Source: an uncultured Gammaproteobacteria bacterium (lineage in GTDB: Bacteria > Patescibacteriota > Patescibacteriia > Magasanikbacterales > UBA10003). From it: a stretch of DNA of 40,474 nt. The first letter of the stretch is position 1. Each line of letters begins with the position of its first letter. The notes under the pieces are model-generated. The model did not search any database. It saw only the letters and a list, made by a program, of their open reading frames with translations, and was not told where the DNA came from. Of this stretch, positions 1 to 8,030 are shown in pieces. The translations under genes were made by a program, and so were the position numbers. Location: NCBI GenBank assembly GCA_964365025.1, contig CAYIOJ010000001.1, positions 1 through 40,474 on the forward strand, given 5' to 3'.

Positions 1-1
1 T

Positions 2-349
2 TTTAAAATCAGGCGAAGGGTCGGGGCGATTATTAATAAAATCCCAGCCGTAAATATCATCCACATAGCCGTTTTTATCATCATCAATGCCATTGTAAGG
101 AAGTTCCGATTGATTGCGCCAGATATTATCAAATAAATCCGGATGCGCCACCTCAACCCCACTGTCAATCACAGCCACCACCACCTTGTTTGAACCGGTG
201 GTCTTGCCCCATGCCTCTGGCGCGTGAATGGCAGGCAAATACCATTGATTGGCAAATTGAGGGTCATTTGGTGTCTGAGCAAAAACAACCCCGACAGACA
301 TCTGGGTTATAATAACAAAAAATATCAGCAATAAAAAAATCCGTTGCAT
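2..349 (-). CDS. S8 family (subtilisin-like) serine peptidase, N-terminal part, runs off the window edge
   Basis: Not in the ORF track. Manual translation: MQRIFLLLIFFVIITQMSVGVVFAQTPNDPQFANQWYLPAIHAPEAWGKTTGSNKVVVAVIDSGVEVAHPDLFDNIWRN...NGIDDDKNGYVDDIYGWDF. Shows a signal peptide, PNDP, the catalytic-Asp motif VAVIDSG, HPDL and the DDDxNGYVDD loop. Confidence 0.93.
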   Translation of the reverse strand, partial: MQRIFLLLIFFVIITQMSVGVVFAQTPNDPQFANQWYLPAIHAPEAWGKTTGSNKVVVAVIDSGVEVAHPDLFDNIWRNQSELPYNGIDDDKNGYVDDIYGWDFINNRPDPSPDFK

Positions 350-362
350 AATTAATTATTCA

Positions 363-451
363 TGGCGTGCCTATATCTTTTTTTTTGCTGCGGACTGTCG
401 CCGCGACCCTGCCTACCGGCAGGCAGGTGCAAAAAAGATATAGGCACGCCA
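363..451. repeat. Long inverted-repeat element with nested 20-bp palindrome
   Basis: TGGCGTGCCTATATCTTTTTT (363-383) is the exact reverse complement of AAAAAAGATATAGGCACGCCA (431-451). Internal near-perfect palindrome CCTGCCTACCGGCAGGCAGG at 408-427. Confidence 0.9.
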
Positions 452-466
452 CTACTCATTATCAAA

Positions 467-1648
467 TTACATCTCCGCCTCCTCAATCGGCGCGCGATTT
501 ATTAAAGGATACAATAAAGTGAATAGAGAAGCGATAATGAACGATAAAGTAAAAGGATAAAAATCAATAATAAAAATCAGCATAATCAGGGGCATTACAA
601 TCAGACGACTGGCATTGAAAACCATATCCCTAAAAACCAGCAATTCAAAATATTTTTTACGCTGAAACATTTTATAAAACAGCGAAGCCCATGGTAAAAT
701 TAAAAATCTCTCGGAAACATTTTTATAAGAATCAATAAAAAACACTTTGACTGAAGCATCGGCAAACAAAGTTCCAAGCCAGCCAAAAAAATAAAACAAG
801 GTGCCTAGACGGAGAAGTTTTTGCGGGCTGAATTTATCCGCTAACTTGCCGGTCAAACGGATGACTACCACCGTGGCTAAAGCCGAAATGGCCGCCACAT
901 AACCGACCTGCTGGGCCGCGCCGAAAATAATTATGAGAAAAACCGGCCAAACATTGCGGCCAATGCTGGATTCAATGGCATAACCGGTAAAACTCAAAAT
1001 CAGGCTGGCATTTTTCTTTTGCCAAAATCTATTGATAATATTGCCGGCAGTAAAATTTATTCGCGGATGAATGTCTTTGGTAATCAAAAGCGGAATGACG
1101 GAAATGATAAGTAGTAGAGAGCCAATCAAAAACACAGCCACAAAACCGGAAAAAGCGATAATCAAACCGGCGGCCAAGGGCGAAAAAATCGCTCCAATAA
1201 TGGCAACCGTGGCCAAACCGGATAATAATTTGCCCACGCGGCGGCGATCCAGATGATCCACGAAATTCAAATCAAATCCGAAATTGTAAAACAAGGTGCG
1301 CAGAGTTAACAACAAAGGCAATAAATAAAAAAGCCACGGCGTCGCCTCCAAAAGATGCAGGCCAAGATAATAGATAATCAAAAACGGCGTGGAAAATAAA
1401 ATGGAGTGCTTGGCGCCGAATTTAGCCACCATTTTAGCCGCGGGTAAGGCCAAAACCACTGACCAAAAAGAACTTAAAAAAAAGAAAAAAAGAATCTGGG
1501 CCACTGAATAATGCAGATAATACAAATAAATCGGCACGAAAATACTGATCATGCTTTCGGCCAAATTCATGAGAAAGACCGAGAGATAAATCTCGTTCAT
1601 TTCCTTGCGGCAGAAAAATTGATGATGGCGGTGGATGTTGCGGAACAT
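467..1648 (-). CDS. MFS transporter
   Basis: 393 aa with about 12 hydrophobic segments and MFS motif-A-like loops (AKMVAKFGAK; GKLADKFSPQK). Confidence 0.88.
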   Translation of the reverse strand: MFRNIHRHHQFFCRKEMNEIYLSVFLMNLAESMISIFVPIYLYYLHYSVAQILFFFFLSSFWSVVLALPAAKMVAKFGAKHSILFSTPFLIIYYLGLHLLEATPWLFYLLPLLLTLRTLFYNFGFDLNFVDHLDRRRVGKLLSGLATVAIIGAIFSPLAAGLIIAFSGFVAVFLIGSLLLIISVIPLLITKDIHPRINFTAGNIINRFWQKKNASLILSFTGYAIESSIGRNVWPVFLIIIFGAAQQVGYVAAISALATVVVIRLTGKLADKFSPQKLLRLGTLFYFFGWLGTLFADASVKVFFIDSYKNVSERFLILPWASLFYKMFQRKKYFELLVFRDMVFNASRLIVMPLIMLIFIIDFYPFTLSFIIASLFTLLYPLINRAPIEEAEM

Positions 1649-1654
1649 AGAGGT

Positions 1655-1683
1655 ATTTTAGCATTTTTCAATCAAAGGCGCAA
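1655..1683 (-). promoter_or_regulatory. sigma70-type promoter of MFS gene, predicted leaderless transcript
   Basis: Minus strand TTGCGC-17 nt-TAAAAT with extended TG; the ATG starts 7 nt after the -10 box. Confidence 0.6.
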
Positions 1684-1687
1684 ACAC

Positions 1688-1716
1688 TTGACAAAAGATG
1701 GAAATTATGATAAGAT
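1688..1716 (+). promoter_or_regulatory. sigma70-type promoter of DMT gene
   Basis: TTGACA (1688-1693), 17-nt spacer, TGn-TAAGAT (1711-1716). Confidence 0.75.
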
Positions 1717-1783
1717 ACACAGCCAAACTTAACTTGGGTTGGGAGAGATTTTTAGCACTTTTACAACTCGCAAGGAGGAAGTC

Positions 1784-2677
1784 ATGTATTGGCAAATACC
1801 AGTCATGTGCCGAGTCATCATCGGTTACATGATCGCACCAGCATTGATCAAGAAGATCGCTACCGCGCCTTCACGCACACGCTCTTTGGTGTGGCAGTAT
1901 TTCTTCTCAGCCGTTTTCGCTTTGAGCATCGCCCTGATCGCAGGCGCGAATCTATGGGAAACACGAGTGATCGCGGTGGCTATCATCGGCGCGTTCAACG
2001 CCTTTGCCTGCTATTGTCATTGGCGGGCAGTAGATATCAGCTTGAGCCGCACTTCGCTTTTCACTCAAGCAGATGACCTTATTTGCTTGGCCTTAGGGTA
2101 CATTATTCTTGGCGAGGGCAAATTCTTGAGTACCTGGCTTGGCATAGGACTGACACTTTCACTAGTGTCAGTATCTATATTCACCTTTGCCAAGACACGA
2201 ACGCCAAAGGCCGATAACGCCCAAAAGCCAGAACAAAAAAAATGGACTATCGGCATCTGGGTAATGCTTTACAGTGTTATCTGGGGGGTGGCCGTCTTTT
2301 CCATGCGCTACTTTTCTCTTCAGGGAATGTCGCTCCCCGGTTACATTGCCGCTTGGTATAGCGGTTCGTATATCGGCGCGCTCGTGGTATTCTTGCTGGG
2401 AGGCAAAAAAGAAGCGGGAGCACCACTCAAGAGGGCACAGATTCTACGAGTTGCCCCGCTTTCTCTGGTCATCTGGCTCTCTCTTATGTCGGTCTACTGG
2501 GCCAAGATGCTCGCGCCGATCACCGTGGTCCAGCCAATCTTCCAGGTCTCCGAAATGATATTTCCAACCCTCATTGGGCTCTGGATTTTCAAAGAGGCCA
2601 AGGAAATGAATATCTGGAGTCGCTTGGCCATTGTCCTTGGTCTAGCCGGCGGCACCATCATTGCCTTGAGTTTTTGA
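1784..2677 (+). CDS. DMT/EamA-like membrane transporter
   Basis: 297 aa from ATG 1784, preceded by AAGGAGG (1772-1778). About 10 TM segments in two repeats, ending in LGYIILGE and IGLWIFKE (EamA-like). Confidence 0.75.
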   Translation: MYWQIPVMCRVIIGYMIAPALIKKIATAPSRTRSLVWQYFFSAVFALSIALIAGANLWETRVIAVAIIGAFNAFACYCHWRAVDISLSRTSLFTQADDLICLALGYIILGEGKFLSTWLGIGLTLSLVSVSIFTFAKTRTPKADNAQKPEQKKWTIGIWVMLYSVIWGVAVFSMRYFSLQGMSLPGYIAAWYSGSYIGALVVFLLGGKKEAGAPLKRAQILRVAPLSLVIWLSLMSVYWAKMLAPITVVQPIFQVSEMIFPTLIGLWIFKEAKEMNIWSRLAIVLGLAGGTIIALSF

Positions 2678-2701
2678 ACAACAAAGCAAAACACAACCCA
2701 C

Positions 2702-2738
2702 GCCCATCTCATGCCAGTTGAGGTGGGCATTTTTATTT
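2702..2738 (+). terminator. Intrinsic terminator of DMT gene
   Basis: GCCCATCTCA-7 nt loop-TGAGGTGGGC followed by ATTTTTATTT. Confidence 0.8.
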
Positions 2739-2769
2739 AAATTCTTCTTCTATTGCCAGAGGAAATCTA

Positions 2770-2797
2770 TTGACAATATCATATTTTGTGCTATTAT
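2770..2797 (+). promoter_or_regulatory. sigma70-type promoter of hypothetical gene A
   Basis: TTGACA (2770-2775), 16-nt spacer, TGn-TATTAT (2792-2797). Confidence 0.7.
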
Positions 2798-2868
2798 ATT
2801 AAACATATCTTAGGGCAAGCAAAGTGTTTGCCAAAAGAACAATGCTTTTTGACAAGTGAGGTGAGAGA

Positions 2869-3939
2869 ATGAACCCGACCATGACCCCTGAAGAATTCGC
2901 CGCTATGGCGAATACCGATGACACTATTCCCATCCCCGCCAATGATGACTGGAAGACAGACGCCGCACTCCGGCGCATTGAACGCAGGATGATCCGGGAT
3001 GAGAACAACCCAGCCGGCTTCGCGGCCTTCTGCCAGGCAGTCCTGGCCGTTGGCATTACCGACGCCGGTAACATGCTCTTCATCGAGCTGGGAGGAGTCA
3101 TCAACGGCCTCCGGCGCCTCAAGCCCTGCGACAATGACACGGTCCGAATCCTTTTCGAGAAAACGAGACGGGCAATCCACGACCTACCAGATGGACCGCG
3201 CAAGGAGCGGCTGGACGGCCTCTGGGACTACAATGCTGGCATTTTCGCTCGCGAGAACGGCGAATACGACCTCGCCGCTCGATCCCAGGAGAGTGGAGCA
3301 AAAAAGGCAGAACAGGCCGGCAACAGGGAGGGTGCGGCAATCTGTGCCTTCACGGCTGCGGTGGAATGGGTCAACCACGCCCTGGTCACTGACCATGGGC
3401 TCGCGCAGGCCGTGCAGCGCCTGCTGGACACGCAGAACAATATGGCTACTGTGCCGCCGACTAGCAACGAGTACCACTGGGTGATGTTCAATGCGCCCGC
3501 GCACCGCATCGTGGCAACTTTCTGGGCCGGCGTGCAGTATGATCAGCTTGATATTGATATTCAGACGCTTCGCCAACTCCACACTAACGACCCCAACATG
3601 GCCCAGGCACACGAGAGCACGCTCGCTGTGTGCTCCGCTATCCATGCCCTCGCGAAGGGAGACACGGATCGCGCTAGCCTCCTGGCCCAAGGTGTCATCT
3701 ACCACCACACCGACGAAGTCCATCCGGATTACTTGGCCACGGCCCACCTCGTTCTCGCAAGGATCACCCTGTTCCGCATCAGCGGACACAGAGGCTCCAA
3801 TCTCTCCCACAACCAGGAGGATGTCCATAGACAATACAAGTCCATCATCAACCTGCCACAAGAGGGCGCCTTCCAAGTGCGCGCCGTTGCTCGACGCGAG
3901 CTCGCCGGCATCAACGACACTGACAGGAACGCCGACTAG
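2869..3939 (+). CDS. Hypothetical all-helical (TPR-like) protein A, homologue of 8031-9050
   Basis: 356 aa, Ala-rich and helical. SD GAGGTGA at 2858-2864. GC-rich (39/60 G+C in 3001-3060 by hand count). Shares ordered motifs with protein B. Confidence 0.85.
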   Translation: MNPTMTPEEFAAMANTDDTIPIPANDDWKTDAALRRIERRMIRDENNPAGFAAFCQAVLAVGITDAGNMLFIELGGVINGLRRLKPCDNDTVRILFEKTRRAIHDLPDGPRKERLDGLWDYNAGIFARENGEYDLAARSQESGAKKAEQAGNREGAAICAFTAAVEWVNHALVTDHGLAQAVQRLLDTQNNMATVPPTSNEYHWVMFNAPAHRIVATFWAGVQYDQLDIDIQTLRQLHTNDPNMAQAHESTLAVCSAIHALAKGDTDRASLLAQGVIYHHTDEVHPDYLATAHLVLARITLFRISGHRGSNLSHNQEDVHRQYKSIINLPQEGAFQVRAVARRELAGINDTDRNAD

Positions 3940-4001
3940 CCGCTCTTGCCACCCGCCGCCTCACTTTTCATTGAGTGAAGCAACAGAAACGAGAAAAATA
4001 A

Positions 4002-4056
4002 AGGTCTGGTAGAGAAACTGCTTAACAGCGGCCAATCTGCCAGACTTCATTTTTTT
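4002..4056 (+). terminator. Probable terminator downstream of gene A
   Basis: AGGTCTGGTAGA (4002-4013) pairs with TCTGCCAGACTT (4036-4047, two G-U pairs), 22-nt loop, then a T run at 4050-4056. Confidence 0.6.
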
Positions 4057-4110
4057 ACCTATCCAAGCTCTTGTTTTCCTACCTTATTCCGTGCTAAACT
4101 CATTTCAGAT

Positions 4111-5475
4111 ATGTCCAACACCTTTAAACAACTCATAATCCTTGCCGGAGACGCTTTGGGGTTTTATTTAGCCCTATTTTTGGCTTTAACTCTGCGCTAC
4201 CAAAAAAACCCCTGGCCGGAAACCTGGTCCAGCCACTGGCCGACCTTTTCTCTGATTTTTTTTCTTTGGCTGGTTATTTTTTATTTAAACGGCCAGTATG
4301 ATTTGCGCAAAACCAAAAATGACTTGCAATTTTTTAGTTCTTTTTTAATTGGAATCGGCATCAACTTGCTTTTAGCCATTGGCTATTTTTACATTGTCAA
4401 TTTGCCGAATTTGAGTCCCAAGACTATTCTGTTATTGTTGGTAGCCATTTATCTGCCTTTGTTCGCCTTATGGAGGCTACTGGCGCATTTTTTACTGCGA
4501 TCCTCTACCTTTGGCGCGCGCCTGCTTTTTCTAGGCCTAACCAAAGAGGCGCAAGAATTGATTTCTATTTTTTCCAATAATCCGCAGTTGGGATATAACG
4601 CGGTAGCGGTGGTGTCAGAAGAACAAAATCAATTTCTTAATGAACTGCCGGCGGCAGTGGAAAAATTATCCGGCTTTGATGGACTCTTGAATTATGTTAA
4701 AATCAAAAAAATTGACACTCTAATTCTGTCTCTGCCTAATACCGACATCGGTCTGAATCGCTTGCTTTATGAAATCATTCTTTCCCGCGTCAACATCGCC
4801 AATATCAATTCTTTTTACGAAACAATCACTCACCGCGTGCCTTTGGCCGCGCTTTCGGAAACATGGTTTTTGGAAAATTTAAAAGAAACGCGTAAAAATG
4901 TTTACGACAAAATGAAATTGGCAACTGATTTTGCGCTGGCCATGATAATGATGACCGGTTTTTTGGTTCTGCTTCCAGTCTTGGCGTTGATAATTTATCT
5001 GAATGACCACGGGCCAATTTTTTATCGCCAAACCCGCGTGGGGCGCGACGGCCAAATTTTCACTATTTGGAAATTCCGAACCATGAAAATTGGAGCGGAA
5101 AACAACGGTCCTCAATTTGCCTCTGTGGGCGACAGCCGCGTAACCGCCGTAGGAAAAATCTTGCGGCTGCTGCGTTTGGATGAATTGCCGCAAGCCATCA
5201 ATATCCTTAAAAATGAGATGAGTTTTATTGGGCCAAGACCGGAACGACCGGAATTCGTGGCGGAATTGCAAAAATTAATGCCCTATTACAACGCGCGGCA
5301 CTTGATCAAGCCCGGGCTGACCGGTTGGGCGCAGGTAAATTACAATTACACTGATTCTTTTGAGGGCAATCTGATGAAATTGCAATTTGATTTGTTTTAT
5401 ATCAAAAATCGATCCCTTTTAGTGGACGCGATTACTCTTTTGAAGACGATAAAGTTGATTGGGGCGGGAAGATAA
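4111..5475 (+). CDS. Polyprenyl-phosphate glycosylphosphotransferase (WcaJ/WbaP family priming sugar transferase)
   Basis: N-terminal TM helices, central Rossmann-like domain, C-terminal Bac_transf motifs KFRTM, RLDELPQ, MSFIGPRPERP, KPGLTGWAQV. Confidence 0.95.
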   Translation: MSNTFKQLIILAGDALGFYLALFLALTLRYQKNPWPETWSSHWPTFSLIFFLWLVIFYLNGQYDLRKTKNDLQFFSSFLIGIGINLLLAIGYFYIVNLPNLSPKTILLLLVAIYLPLFALWRLLAHFLLRSSTFGARLLFLGLTKEAQELISIFSNNPQLGYNAVAVVSEEQNQFLNELPAAVEKLSGFDGLLNYVKIKKIDTLILSLPNTDIGLNRLLYEIILSRVNIANINSFYETITHRVPLAALSETWFLENLKETRKNVYDKMKLATDFALAMIMMTGFLVLLPVLALIIYLNDHGPIFYRQTRVGRDGQIFTIWKFRTMKIGAENNGPQFASVGDSRVTAVGKILRLLRLDELPQAINILKNEMSFIGPRPERPEFVAELQKLMPYYNARHLIKPGLTGWAQVNYNYTDSFEGNLMKLQFDLFYIKNRSLLVDAITLLKTIKLIGAGR

Positions 5476-5486
5476 CCAAAATTTTG

Positions 5487-5566
5487 GTCATTGCGAACGA
5501 AGTGAAGCAATCTCGTGCGGGATTGCTTCGTCGCTCCGCCAGCTGGCGGATGCTCCTCGCAATGAC
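5487..5566. repeat. REP/RPE-like palindromic element with nested 16-bp perfect palindrome
   Basis: Terminal IR GTCATTGCGA/TCGCAATGAC, inner stem GAAGCAATC/GATTGCTTC, nested TCCGCCAGCTGGCGGA (5535-5550). Lies between convergent genes. Confidence 0.88.
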
Positions 5567-6481
5567 TTACTCCATTCCCCAGTCCGCTTTCAACATTTTA
5601 ATGCCATCTTCCAGTTTTATTGATGGCTCCCAACCAAGCAATTTTTTGGCTTTGGCATTATCAGCTCCGGAAAAACGCTGATCGCCCGGACGAGGATCAA
5701 CGAAAACAAACTTGCCACCCATAATTTTTACCAATTCATTAACTGTGGTGGGGCGTCCGCAACCGATATTTATTGTCTCGCCTTTGCCAATATTTTTTGA
5801 AGTAGCCGCCAAGATATTGGCCGTGACAACATCATTCGCATGAGTGTAATCGCGAAAATATTCTCCGTCGCCGCAGACAGTCATGGGCTGTCCCAGTTTT
5901 TTTTGTTTTAAAAATTTACCAATAACCAGAGCATAAGCGCCGTCCGGGTCAAAATACGAGCCATAGACATTGAAATAAATCAGACTTACTGTTTCCAGGC
6001 CGTATAATTCAGAAAATATCCGGCAATAATTTTCACCAATCAGTTTGTGCAGGGCATAAGGGCTGACCGGTATTTTAACTGTGCCGTTTTCTTTTAATAA
6101 ATTACCCGCCTCTTGACCGCCATAAGTGGATGAGGAAGAAGAAAAAACCACTCGCCTGACCTTATGACGACGCGCGGCCATTAACACTTTAAATGTGCCG
6201 TTGACATTGATGTCATGTGTCAATTCCGGATTTTCCACGGAAAAAGTGACGCGAGGCAGAGCTGCCAAATGAAAAATTGTGTCCACCCCAGGGCAAACTT
6301 TATCCAAATCATTATCGTTTCTAATATCGCCTTCCACATACTCGGCGCCCGATTGCATTCTATCTTCTTTTTTGCCAGCTGCGTAATTATCCAAAACAAC
6401 CACTTGGTGTCCGTCAGCCAGTAATTGTTTGACTAAATTTGTGCCGATAAATCCGGCTCCGCCGGTGACAAGATGTTTCAT
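5567..6481 (-). CDS. NAD-dependent epimerase/dehydratase (extended SDR, WbpP/GalE-like)
   Basis: TGGAGFIG, HLAA, SSSS, SPYALHK (YxxxK), YFNVYG, RDYTH motifs. Confidence 0.93.
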   Translation of the reverse strand: MKHLVTGGAGFIGTNLVKQLLADGHQVVVLDNYAAGKKEDRMQSGAEYVEGDIRNDNDLDKVCPGVDTIFHLAALPRVTFSVENPELTHDINVNGTFKVLMAARRHKVRRVVFSSSSSTYGGQEAGNLLKENGTVKIPVSPYALHKLIGENYCRIFSELYGLETVSLIYFNVYGSYFDPDGAYALVIGKFLKQKKLGQPMTVCGDGEYFRDYTHANDVVTANILAATSKNIGKGETINIGCGRPTTVNELVKIMGGKFVFVDPRPGDQRFSGADNAKAKKLLGWEPSIKLEDGIKMLKADWGME

Positions 6482-7863
6482 ATTTTTTTAATTAATGTAC
6501 TGCCCACTGCGATAATCACATATCCCTTTTGCGCTAATTCCGCATATTGATGCTGCAAAATCCTGCGACCATCCATAATTAATGGCTTTTCCCCGGATTG
6601 CGCTAATAAAATATCGCCCAAACTTCTGAATTGCGGCCAATCGGTGGCAATGATTATCACATCCGCGCCTTTAATCGTGGCGACTTGATCGTCAAAATAT
6701 TTGATGATATCAGTTTTAGAAAATAATTGTTTGAAACCATCGGTGGCCGCTGGGTCGTATGCCTGAATCGCCCCAACTTGTTTTTCCAATAAAAAACTAA
6801 CGATGTCAATGCTGGCCGAATTGCGAGTGTCATTGGTTTCTTGTTTAAAAGCCAGACCCAACAGAGCCACAGTTTTCCCAGACCAGCTAAATCCAGTTTC
6901 TTTTTCAGCTCGACCAATAAATAATTCCAATTGTCGTTTATTGGCCAAATAAGTTTCATCCACCAAAACGGCATTTTGCCCGGCTGTTTGCAACTGATGC
7001 GACAGCGAACGCGCGTCTTTAATAAAACAGCTGCCGCCGGCGTACAAACTGTCATAAAGTCCCCACTTGCCAATGCGCGGATCACTTATTAAAATTTTAC
7101 GAAGATTTTCAAAATTTAATTCTGAAAAAGTTTCACAGGTTCTGCCGATGACATCAAAACAAACAGCCAATTTATTAAACAACATAAAATTGGCCAGCAA
7201 TTTTCCAGCCGCCGCTTCTTTGGGATTAGTTTCAATATATTGAACAGTGGAAGAATTATAAAAACGTTGATAAATTTGGCGCATCACCACAAAATCTTTT
7301 TCCTGCCAAGCGCCGACCACCACTCTATCAGGATGCAGTGAACCGATGATGGCCTTGCCTTCAACTAAAAATTCCGGATTGGATGCCACGCCAAAATTTT
7401 TTACGCCGGCTTTGGTCATTATTTTTTCCGTTTGCTCAACCATGTTAATGGGCACAGTGCTTTTGTTAACGATAACAACATCTTTTTCTTGCCGGCCATT
7501 GTTTCGTTTGGCCAAGGCCATGGCTAATTTTTCAGCCGCGGAAAAATAAAAAGTCAAATCACTCTCACCTGTCTCCCCTATTTCAGGCGTTGGCAAACAC
7601 ATAAAAATGGCATCGCAATCACTTAAAAACTTTTCCACTCGCGAGTAATCGGTTGTAAAAGAAATCCTTTCTTTATTGCGAATCAACAAATCGCCCAGCC
7701 CATCTTCAAAAAGGCAGGATTGAATAGTATCGCGGTCTACGGAGGATAGGGCGGCAATTTTCCGCGCGTCAACATCAAAAACAAAAACATCATGCCCGCT
7801 GTCAGCTGACACTGCCGCCGAACAGGCGCCAACGAATCCGGAGCCGATGTAGAGAAGGTGCAT
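6478..7863 (-). CDS. ugd: UDP-glucose/GDP-mannose dehydrogenase family protein
   Basis: GSGFVG, CLPTP, KSTVP, SNPEFLVEG, GGSCFIKD (catalytic Cys), GLAFKQETNDTRNS, DGRR motifs. Confidence 0.9.
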   Translation of the reverse strand: MHLLYIGSGFVGACSAAVSADSGHDVFVFDVDARKIAALSSVDRDTIQSCLFEDGLGDLLIRNKERISFTTDYSRVEKFLSDCDAIFMCLPTPEIGETGESDLTFYFSAAEKLAMALAKRNNGRQEKDVVIVNKSTVPINMVEQTEKIMTKAGVKNFGVASNPEFLVEGKAIIGSLHPDRVVVGAWQEKDFVVMRQIYQRFYNSSTVQYIETNPKEAAAGKLLANFMLFNKLAVCFDVIGRTCETFSELNFENLRKILISDPRIGKWGLYDSLYAGGSCFIKDARSLSHQLQTAGQNAVLVDETYLANKRQLELFIGRAEKETGFSWSGKTVALLGLAFKQETNDTRNSASIDIVSFLLEKQVGAIQAYDPAATDGFKQLFSKTDIIKYFDDQVATIKGADVIIIATDWPQFRSLGDILLAQSGEKPLIMDGRRILQHQYAELAQKGYVIIAVGSTLIKKI

Positions 7864-7888
7864 AATTTTTATTCTTTAAATTGTCTGT

Positions 7889-7917
7889 ATATTATCATAA
7901 ATTGTGTTTTTTGTCCA
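7889..7917 (-). promoter_or_regulatory. sigma70-type promoter of ugd-epimerase pair
   Basis: Minus strand TGGACA-17 nt-TAATAT with extended TG. Confidence 0.6.
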
Positions 7918-7932
7918 TTTTAGCGCCTACTA

Positions 7933-7961
7933 TTGACAAAAACAACTAAATTAAGTACAAT
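7933..7961 (+). promoter_or_regulatory. sigma70-type promoter of hypothetical gene B
   Basis: TTGACA (7933-7938), 17-nt spacer, TACAAT (7956-7961). Confidence 0.78.
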
Positions 7962-8030
7962 AATGATAGAAAATCCAATGATTGCCAAATGGTTTGGCTA
8001 TCAGCTGGATTACCAACCAAGGGGGAATCA

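Noticed and set aside
2794-4012. Long overlapping or antisense ORFs over gene A (2999-3484, 3184-3876, 3491-4012, etc.)
   Set aside because: Expected shadows of a GC-rich gene. Only 2869-3939 has a promoter, SD, terminator and a homologue in the window.
5484-5681. 65-aa ORF MVIANEVKQSRAGLLRR
   Set aside because: It is the translation of the palindromic repeat plus antisense of the epimerase 3' end.
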